Part shown: piece after piece, positions 17,745-24,921 of the stretch
Layout: every line of letters starts with the position of its first letter
Position numbering within the stretch: position 1 is the first letter of the stretch
Source of the DNA: Candidatus Lokiarchaeum ossiferum
GTDB taxonomy: Archaea; Asgardarchaeota; Lokiarchaeia; Sigyniarchaeales; Promethearchaeaceae
NCBI GenBank assembly: GCA_025839675.1
Contig: CP104013.1
Span: 2,460,001 to 2,492,000, forward strand
Reading direction: 5' to 3'
DNA: 32,000 nt
Notes under the pieces: model-generated
The model's database searches: none
Told to the model about the DNA's origin: nothing
What the model saw: only the letters and a program-made list of their open reading frames with translations
Position numbers and translations under genes: made by a program

Positions 17745-18749
17745 ATGACGAAACACCTGTTACGGTCAAAAGTAGAACCATTCGATCCTAAAAAAGTTAA
17801 AACTGTACAAGACGCGTTCGAAGCTTTATCACATACGTCTTTCCAAGGGCGAAATCTCGGAAAAGCATTGGATGTGATGTTCCAAATGGTGCAAGAAGAG
17901 TCATGTCTAAAAGTTCTGACTCTTTCGGGAGCAATGGTTCCAGCTGGAATGGAAGAAATTGTCTGCCAATTGATTGAACATCACATTATTGATGCTGTTG
18001 TCACAACAGGTGCAAACATTATTCATTCAATAGTAAATTCCTTTGATCCAACACCCGAACATCAAGCCCATTATATCGGAGCTGAAGGTGTTGATGATGC
18101 TGAATTGTATAAACACCGGATAAATCGAATTTATGATATTTTTTTACCCGAAGAGGGATATGGATATGCTGAAGATGGATTACTGCAAATAATTTCAGAA
18201 AAATTTAGTCCATCGATAAAACATGTTCTTACTCCTTCTGAACTCTTCGAATTTTTAGGGGAAAAACTACCCGGAAGAGGATTATTACAAGTAGCTTATC
18301 AAAATAAGACGCCAATATTTTGTGGAGCAACTTCCGATTCGGAGCTAGGTTTAAACTTGATGAAATACCGAAAACGCAACGATATTAATATCACCCTGGA
18401 TGAGCTTAAGGATATCGAATATTTTGCAAACTTGATCAGGAAGCACGAACACTATGGCACAATAATTATAGGCGGAGGAGTTCCCCGCAATTGGGCACAA
18501 CAAGTTTTCCCATATTTGGATCAAATGGATCAAGGTACGGGGGGAAAACAATACAATGGCTATCATTATAGTATAAGATTTCATACAGCAACACAATACG
18601 ATGGTGGCCTCTCCGGATGTACGATTTCGGAAAGTATTTCATGGGGTAAATATGCAAAGAACGCGACACATCAAAGTGTTTGGGTTGATGCCACAATTGG
18701 ATTTCCCTTAATTGTGACAGCACTTTTTCAGAAATTGGGATTGATTTGA
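17745..18749 (+). CDS. dys: Deoxyhypusine synthase
   Basis: The ORF track starts at TTG 17733. ATG 17745 is preceded by GGAG. Family blocks LSGAMVPAGM, TTGANIIHS, IGGGVPRNW and SWGK (active-site Lys region). Confidence 0.9.
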   Translation: MTKHLLRSKVEPFDPKKVKTVQDAFEALSHTSFQGRNLGKALDVMFQMVQEESCLKVLTLSGAMVPAGMEEIVCQLIEHHIIDAVVTTGANIIHSIVNSFDPTPEHQAHYIGAEGVDDAELYKHRINRIYDIFLPEEGYGYAEDGLLQIISEKFSPSIKHVLTPSELFEFLGEKLPGRGLLQVAYQNKTPIFCGATSDSELGLNLMKYRKRNDINITLDELKDIEYFANLIRKHEHYGTIIIGGGVPRNWAQQVFPYLDQMDQGTGGKQYNGYHYSIRFHTATQYDGGLSGCTISESISWGKYAKNATHQSVWVDATIGFPLIVTALFQKLGLI

Positions 18750-18772
18750 AAAACGTGATGTGAGGTGAGAAG

Positions 18773-18910
18773 TTGCCAAAAAAATCAAGAAAAAATTGGG
18801 ACTATGAAGCAAAAAAAAGAAGAATTAACCCCAAACATGTTCAAAAAAGAAAGGTTGATGACGATTTTGAAGATGGGGACGATCTATTTATAGATTATGA
18901 TCATGATTGA
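18773..18910 (+). CDS. Possible 45-aa small protein (basic N-terminal half, acidic C-terminal half)
   Basis: Not in the ORF track (<60 aa). TTG start 4 nt after GAGGTGA, 24 nt downstream of the dys stop. Translation LPKKSRKNWDYEAKKRRINPKHVQKRKVDDDFEDGDDLFIDYDHD. Weak evidence only. Confidence 0.25.
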   Translation: MPKKSRKNWDYEAKKRRINPKHVQKRKVDDDFEDGDDLFIDYDHD

Positions 18911-19163
18911 ATTTTTTGGAGTTTTTTTATATAATTTTTAAATGGAAGAACCCATTTACGGATTCAGAAGATAATGCATACCTTAGGATGATGTATTGAA
19001 ATATTTTCAACTCAAAAAGACAATTCAGCAGAACAATTCGAGAATTGATTCAAGCATTCAAATAATCCCTACATTTTCAAAGAAATTTTTTGATGACAAA
19101 ATATTTAAGGTCATTCTTTGTATATATCATAGCAACATTGAAAGCAAAAAAGGGGAAGGAAAC

Positions 19164-19898
19164 ATGGTAGCCGATAAATCAAAAAAAAATAGGGATGGTT
19201 CCAAGAATGATAAGGTGGATTTAAAAAAAGCCTTCACTATTCGTATCGAACAAAGCATTCTAGATAATTTGAAAAAAGCAAGCGATAATACTCGGTTACG
19301 TCAAGCGACTCAAGCACGGACTTATTTGCAGATGAGTCAATTTGTGGTCACCCAATCGAATTTAGGAATAGAAGCGTATGATAGATCTCCAATGGGATTA
19401 TACCCCAAAAAAATCTGGGGAAACTTATTAGAAAGTCTGCCAGAGAATAAACAATTTGAAGTGGGAGATTCTTTGGGCATGATGATTTTGACCAACTGTG
19501 GAATTATGCAAATTGAAAGTTTAGAATCAAAAATGGATTTTCTAGCGGGATTGGGATGGTTTGATATTCGGATGTTTCCAGAGAGAGAAGAGACAAATCT
19601 CGTAAATTATTATGGAATTTTAGCCCACGATTGGCCAATTAATGTAGTTCATGCCCTTTTATTTCGGATTCTCACGCAACATGAGTTTCCTTCGAAACTA
19701 ACAGTAAAAACAATCAAAAATTATTATGGAAAAACTGTTGAACAAATTCGATCCTTAAGCCGTCAAAAAAAAAATGCGGATATCTACAATACTCCAGAAC
19801 CATTAATCCAGTATATCGAAACTTTAGATGGACGGGAGCAAAATTATTCACCCGATTGCAGTTTTTACATTTTTAATAAGCTAAAAACTGAAGGTTAA
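19164..19898 (+). CDS. Putative ribbon-helix-helix (CopG-like) DNA-binding protein with an uncharacterised C-terminal domain
   Basis: The ORF track starts at 18996. ATG 19164 has GGGGAAGG upstream. After a Lys-rich tail, KAFTIRIEQSILDNLKKASDNTRLRQATQARTYLQM has a beta-strand/helix/helix RHH pattern. The remaining ~180 aa have no motif. Confidence 0.45.
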   Translation: MVADKSKKNRDGSKNDKVDLKKAFTIRIEQSILDNLKKASDNTRLRQATQARTYLQMSQFVVTQSNLGIEAYDRSPMGLYPKKIWGNLLESLPENKQFEVGDSLGMMILTNCGIMQIESLESKMDFLAGLGWFDIRMFPEREETNLVNYYGILAHDWPINVVHALLFRILTQHEFPSKLTVKTIKNYYGKTVEQIRSLSRQKKNADIYNTPEPLIQYIETLDGREQNYSPDCSFYIFNKLKTEG

Positions 19899-19945
19899 AC
19901 TTCTTTACTAATTAATTGTTTTCATCAAATATTAGAGAAAAAAAA

Positions 19946-21607
19946 TTAGTTCCAATATCGGCTGGCACGCTCATCTCGAATATGATATGGACTAGCGTGA
20001 AATAATTTTCCTTTAATAATCATATAAGTGATCCAAATTATAAATATGGTACACAGCGCCGAGAAAAATCCAGCAATAAGTCTTGCTACTAGCCCAGTTA
20101 GATCATTTATGATTAAACTAAATATCGTCGCATCGATTCCAATAAGGGTAACAATAAGAATAATTTTGAAATAAGGCGTTATTTTCTCCCTATTTTGCTC
20201 TCTAACCTTAGCATAATATCCAGTTCTAGATCGAATACGACTTTGCACTGGTTTCAAATCAGTTTCTTCAGTAGTTTTTCTTTTTGTCATTCCAAAAGTG
20301 GAATCTTTAGTTCTGATAAACTCATAACTATCCCTTACTTCATCTAATGCAATGTGCTTGATTCCATAAAATGCTAACAAATTCCATCCAATTGAAAAGG
20401 TTATTAAAAAGATCCGGACAGTTATATTGAGGGATATTGTTAATACAAAAATCATAAGTGCATCAAATGCAACAATTATCCACAGGAAAAATAAAGTGGC
20501 ATCCATTATAGAATAAAAATGAATTTTTGTTTTCGGAGGAAATTTATGTTTTAATATGGGGCGAAGGATTGCATAAAGCCAAGTAATATTCCATAATATA
20601 ATACAACTCAATATTATATAGTTAGGATCCTCAAATCCCCAAATTATATTCACCAATAACAACACTAAACCAAGCCCAAATAAAATCAAAGTACCTTGAT
20701 CAGGAACAACTTTAAACAAGGTAATTCCATCATTTTGCTCAACTGGGAAAACAATCTCAAGAGATTTTTCTTTATGGCAATAAGGACAAGATGCTGATAA
20801 GAATTCTTCTTCTTTTCTAAAAACTTTTGGAACACATTCATAGCACACAAGTTTTTTGCACGTGTTACACAAAACAGATTTTGTTTCAAAGAGATCATCT
20901 GAACATGTTCCACATTTTGGAATTTCTCCATGTGCATAAAATTCAATGGGAACTTGGTGAGTATAGGTAATAAATTCTTCAATTCGATGAATTTTACTTT
21001 TTTCTGCTTTTTCTTCAGACGATTCTTCTTCAGATTTCTTTTTTGTGTCAAATAAACCACTCAAAAATGGATGAATCAAACCCCCCACGATGTTGAAGAC
21101 AAAACCAAATAGAATTCCTTGATCCCAATCATTATTTAAATATAACATATATCCAATAATTGCTAAGCATCCTGCGTAAATCAAACCTAAAACTAAAGTT
21201 TTCAATATAAGTTTTGCGGGAGTGCCAGATTTCGTGTAAAATTTTTGTGCTTTGGTTTCCTCACTTGAAGGATCCTTATAAATTGTCATTTCTCCAGTGA
21301 GAAATCCTTTAAAATCCCGATATATGGACCATATTAAACCAAACCCCCAAATTGCCCCAATGATATAAGAATTACGGACACTAGCTTTAAATATAATTGC
21401 ATATGCTAAAAATACAAAAACAATTAACCAAAGAACTGCAAAAAATAAATGCTTCACTCTCTCAGTTTCTGATAAGTTTTTTTTACCTTTTGATCGTTTA
21501 AAAAATTGAGATGCAGTTAAATTTTCTTCCTCTTCATGGTTTTCAAGAGTCATTTCATTTTTAAATTGAATTTTTATTATTTTAAATCTACTGTATTTAT
21601 TTTCCAC
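19946..21607 (-). CDS. Multi-pass membrane protein with a central eight-cysteine RING-like (C4C4) zinc-finger loop
   Basis: 553 aa. About 4 hydrophobic helices precede and about 6 follow a soluble loop containing C-x2-C-x11-C-x2-C-x4-C-x2-C-x15-C-x2-C(H) (residues 232-278). An acidic KKKSEEESSEEKAEK linker precedes it. Confidence 0.6.
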   Translation of the reverse strand: MENKYSRFKIIKIQFKNEMTLENHEEEENLTASQFFKRSKGKKNLSETERVKHLFFAVLWLIVFVFLAYAIIFKASVRNSYIIGAIWGFGLIWSIYRDFKGFLTGEMTIYKDPSSEETKAQKFYTKSGTPAKLILKTLVLGLIYAGCLAIIGYMLYLNNDWDQGILFGFVFNIVGGLIHPFLSGLFDTKKKSEEESSEEKAEKSKIHRIEEFITYTHQVPIEFYAHGEIPKCGTCSDDLFETKSVLCNTCKKLVCYECVPKVFRKEEEFLSASCPYCHKEKSLEIVFPVEQNDGITLFKVVPDQGTLILFGLGLVLLLVNIIWGFEDPNYIILSCIILWNITWLYAILRPILKHKFPPKTKIHFYSIMDATLFFLWIIVAFDALMIFVLTISLNITVRIFLITFSIGWNLLAFYGIKHIALDEVRDSYEFIRTKDSTFGMTKRKTTEETDLKPVQSRIRSRTGYYAKVREQNREKITPYFKIILIVTLIGIDATIFSLIINDLTGLVARLIAGFFSALCTIFIIWITYMIIKGKLFHASPYHIRDERASRYWN

Positions 21608-21775
21608 CAGATTTGTCTTTTATCTAAAAAAAACTCTCAGCATCCAGCAGTAAAGATTTTTAACAACAAGAGAGCAGATTATACCACTCAATTCTCTGAT
21701 TATTAGAAAATGGCAAAAATATGAAAGTAAGAGTAATAAAATAAAAAATGAAAAGAATAAGAAGAGAGTTAACAC

Positions 21776-22015
21776 TTAATTTGCTTCGGGCTCGATAAAT
21801 AACACATTATTTCCACGGACAAATAGTTCTTCGAATTTTCCGGATTCTTCGTTATTGGTAAATTCAACAGCATTGGTTACGATGATATTCATAAAATTAT
21901 CATATTCTTTTAAATTCCCAACATATCGGGTGCCATCTTTTAACCGAACAACAATTTCTTGACCGATACGTTTTTGCAAAGCACGCAATGGATTTCGTGA
22001 GTTATTATAAGCCAT
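21776..22015 (-). CDS. Sm-like (LSm/SmAP) RNA-binding protein
   Basis: 79 aa. Sm1 IVVRLKDGTRYVGNLKEYDNFMNIIVTNA and Sm2 FVRGNNVLFIEP. Confidence 0.9.
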   Translation of the reverse strand: MAYNNSRNPLRALQKRIGQEIVVRLKDGTRYVGNLKEYDNFMNIIVTNAVEFTNNEESGKFEELFVRGNNVLFIEPEAN

Positions 22016-22101
22016 TATTAATTCTTCTCCCCTAGGGGTTGATATGGTCTAAATAAATGCTTCCATCCTTAAAACGTTTATAGGAAGAAAGTTTGTTTTT
22101 A

Positions 22102-22779
22102 ATGGAAAGGAAGGTTCAAAAAAAATATAATCAGGGAAAAAAATTGGAGAAAACAAAAAAGCAAAAGATGAAAGAACGGTATAATTCGCTCAGTTATGTA
22201 GAAACTTATGATCGTCGGTATTATAATTTGCAATTTGAAAAATTTAACAATCTTACACAGGAATATCCCATAATAGGTGAAAACATATTAGACTTTGGAG
22301 CAGGAACTGGATTACTCTGGGATTTTCTTCAAAAAAACAACTATCAACAACACCATATATCACAATCGCCAGATCCTATTCGTATTGTAGGAATAGATCT
22401 TTCTCGAAGTATGCTAAACCGATTTTACCATAAGATAGAAAATCACCTTACATCATCCGAGGCAATAGTAAAGGGTACCCATTTAATTTGTTGTGATGGA
22501 GAAAACTTACCCTTTAGATCAGCTTGCTTTTCGAATGTGTTCGCTCTTACAACTTTACAAAACTTACCCCATCTTGCTCAAGGGTTAAAAGAAATGCAAC
22601 GAATTAGTAAAAATAACGGAATTCAAAGAATTAGCTATCTTCGAAAATCAATCGAAAAAGAAGAATTAGAGCGCCATTTATCTGCAAAATTTGAGGAAGT
22701 CCAAGAAATTAAACCACATTCACCAGAAAAAATAGAATATTCTGAAGATTGGCTATTCATTGCCAAGAAGAAAGAGTAG
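22102..22779 (+). CDS. Class I SAM-dependent methyltransferase
   Basis: The ORF track starts at TTG 22093; ATG at 22102. Motif I ILDFGAGTGLL, post-I GIDLS, and CCDGENLPF (Methyltransf_11-like). Confidence 0.8.
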   Translation: MERKVQKKYNQGKKLEKTKKQKMKERYNSLSYVETYDRRYYNLQFEKFNNLTQEYPIIGENILDFGAGTGLLWDFLQKNNYQQHHISQSPDPIRIVGIDLSRSMLNRFYHKIENHLTSSEAIVKGTHLICCDGENLPFRSACFSNVFALTTLQNLPHLAQGLKEMQRISKNNGIQRISYLRKSIEKEELERHLSAKFEEVQEIKPHSPEKIEYSEDWLFIAKKKE

Positions 22780-22805
22780 ATTTAGATATAACGCAAAATT
22801 TTGAT

Positions 22806-23720
22806 TTAATATTTTTCTAACTGTGATCGTTCAGAACCAAACATTCTATCAAGAAATTCATCTACATCAAAGGTAACTTCATAATTTTTCAAGAAAAAGT
22901 GCTGAATATTTTGCAGATCTCGCGCCAGATAAGAGAGAGCATTTGGATGGGTAGACTCTTCCCATTGAGGAAAATCGATCAATTGAACTTGTTCATCGGC
23001 AGCCATTACAATATTGAATTCACCTAAATCACAATGAATTAAGTGGGCTTCGGTAAATAAAGCTTCAACAATGCGCAAAATTTGATTGACTACATCCATA
23101 GGGTCCGTTAACGGAGGGATCAAGCTTAAATCATTGCCATCGATCAATTCCATAACCACGATATGCCGGTTTTGGCCAAGAGCTTTTGGAACATTCAAAT
23201 TTAAAGGTTCAATTCGTTTCAATGCTTCATATTCGCTTTCAGCAGATAGGCGACTTACGTATAACCAAGAAATATGACGACGATTTTTCACATAATTGCG
23301 AAGTTTCCTTACTTTACGAAAACTTGTTTGACCAATACGATGAATTTTTAGAGCCACATCGTTTCCATCGGGAGTTTTTCCAAAAAAAACATCCGATTCT
23401 TTTCCCCGCCCGATAGCGTCACCTACGGCAACTACAATATTTTTTTCAACGAGTGCATTTAGTGCCAAAACATCGTAAGATTCAGAAATTAGTTGATAAC
23501 CGATATATCCCAACTGAGAACTTCTTTGTAAAATACCAATTTGATGAATTTTATCCAATCTAAATTGAGTTTCAGAACGATTAATTCGGGCATAAAAACT
23601 AATTTGTTCCACAGGGACAAATTGGAATCGGCGCATCCCCAATTCAATTCCAGTTAAAATACGAAGGTCTTCTTTATCCAATTCTCTTACAAGATTAGCA
23701 GCACGGAAAATTTGAGGCAT
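22806..23720 (-). CDS. rio2: Rio2-type atypical serine protein kinase (N-terminal winged helix plus RIO domain)
   Basis: 304 aa. The wHTH region RILTGIELGMRRFQFVPVEQI is collinear with archaeal Rio2. Also GRGKESDVF (P-loop-like), VALKIHRIGQTSFRKV, and catalytic IHCDLGEFNI followed by LIDFPQ. Confidence 0.9.
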   Translation of the reverse strand: MPQIFRAANLVRELDKEDLRILTGIELGMRRFQFVPVEQISFYARINRSETQFRLDKIHQIGILQRSSQLGYIGYQLISESYDVLALNALVEKNIVVAVGDAIGRGKESDVFFGKTPDGNDVALKIHRIGQTSFRKVRKLRNYVKNRRHISWLYVSRLSAESEYEALKRIEPLNLNVPKALGQNRHIVVMELIDGNDLSLIPPLTDPMDVVNQILRIVEALFTEAHLIHCDLGEFNIVMAADEQVQLIDFPQWEESTHPNALSYLARDLQNIQHFFLKNYEVTFDVDEFLDRMFGSERSQLEKY

Positions 23721-23800
23721 TTTAAGAATAACTCCTTAGAATTTTAGAATTTGGTTTGGTTGTTTGAAGAAAAGTACAAAAAAGATAGAAATCAATGGGA

Positions 23801-24250
23801 TCATTCAATTTGGGTGACTTTGGTCATTCGGTCGCCTTGTTTAATGGAAGTTATCAAATCAAGTCCTTCAACAACCTGTCCGAAAACTGTATGTTTACCG
23901 TCTAAATGGGCAGTGTGTTCGCGAGTTAAGACGATGAAAAATTGACTTCCACCTGTATCCTTGCCTGCATGCGCCATACTTAAAGCACCAGGTTTGTGGA
24001 TCAGCGGATTTCCATCAGTTTCACATTTAATCTTCCAACCGGGACCACCAGTACCAGTTCCATTTGGACATCCTCCTTGAATTACAAATTGAGGAATTAC
24101 TCGATGAAAAGTAAGACCATCATAAAATCCCTTATTGATCAACTTCAAAAAGTTTGCGACAGTTCCAGGGGCATGTTCTGGGTACAATTCTATCATTAAT
24201 GTGCCCTTATTTGTTTCCATTTTAACTTTAGGATTAACCATTTTTAACAC
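23801..24250 (-). CDS. Cyclophilin-type peptidyl-prolyl cis-trans isomerase
   Basis: 149 aa. [52 protein letters not shown]. Confidence 0.9.
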   Translation of the reverse strand: MLKMVNPKVKMETNKGTLMIELYPEHAPGTVANFLKLINKGFYDGLTFHRVIPQFVIQGGCPNGTGTGGPGWKIKCETDGNPLIHKPGALSMAHAGKDTGGSQFFIVLTREHTAHLDGKHTVFGQVVEGLDLITSIKQGDRMTKVTQIE

Positions 24251-24382
24251 CTACCCAAATGAATGGAAGATCACCAAAAAAACTTCTGACCATGAAATTA
24301 AATTGTTATATCATAGGGTTATGAAAAGGGAAGAAAAAAGTAAAGGCATGATATGATTTATTAAGAAGTATGAAAAAAGAAA

Positions 24383-24700
24383 TTACATTCCACCCGAGTG
24401 ACTGGTCACTAAATCCAATTCTGCAACCACCACATTCTGATCTCCAACAGATTGAGACGTTTGAGCCAAATCTTTGAACAGATCCCCTTTTCGAATGGTT
24501 TTCCCCGAATTAAAAATTTGGTGCTGATCATACAGCTGTGAAAGTTGTTGACTCTCTAATGGTCGACCCGTATTCGTTAAAGTTTGAATCGCTTCAGAAA
24601 AAATTCTATCAATGCTCATATCAGGGTTACTGATTTTAACAAAGAACGGTTTGTTTGATAAAGCTGTATTAATCTTGACTACATAATTTTCTTCTGACAT
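24383..24700 (-). CDS. Ubiquitin-like (beta-grasp) small protein ending in Gly-Gly-Met
   Basis: 105 aa. HQIFNSGKTIRKGDLFKDL parallels ubiquitin RLIFAGKQLEDGRTLSDY. C-terminal VVVAELDLVTSHSGGM parallels STLHLVLRLRGG plus one extra residue. Confidence 0.55.
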   Translation of the reverse strand: MSEENYVVKINTALSNKPFFVKISNPDMSIDRIFSEAIQTLTNTGRPLESQQLSQLYDQHQIFNSGKTIRKGDLFKDLAQTSQSVGDQNVVVAELDLVTSHSGGM

Positions 24701-24921
24701 TTTAAATCCCTAATTAGTAATTAGTAAGAATTGCTATATATTATCTTTTGAAATTGCACCTTTAAAAAGTCAATGAAAAAATGAACTAATGGATTTAAGT
24801 TCATCGAAATTAGAAATTTATTGTATTTCTTCTTCCTTTTTATAAAAAAACTCTGAACTTTTGGGCATAAGACTAAGGGGTTACAAAAAATCATAAATTG
24901 TCTATTCTTATATATCTTAAG

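Noticed and set aside
18996-19163. N-terminal 56 codons of track ORF 18996..19898 (TTG start)
   Set aside because: The region translates to a low-complexity Ile/Lys/Phe string. An ATG at 19164 has a purine-rich GGGGAAGG element upstream and begins the plausible protein.
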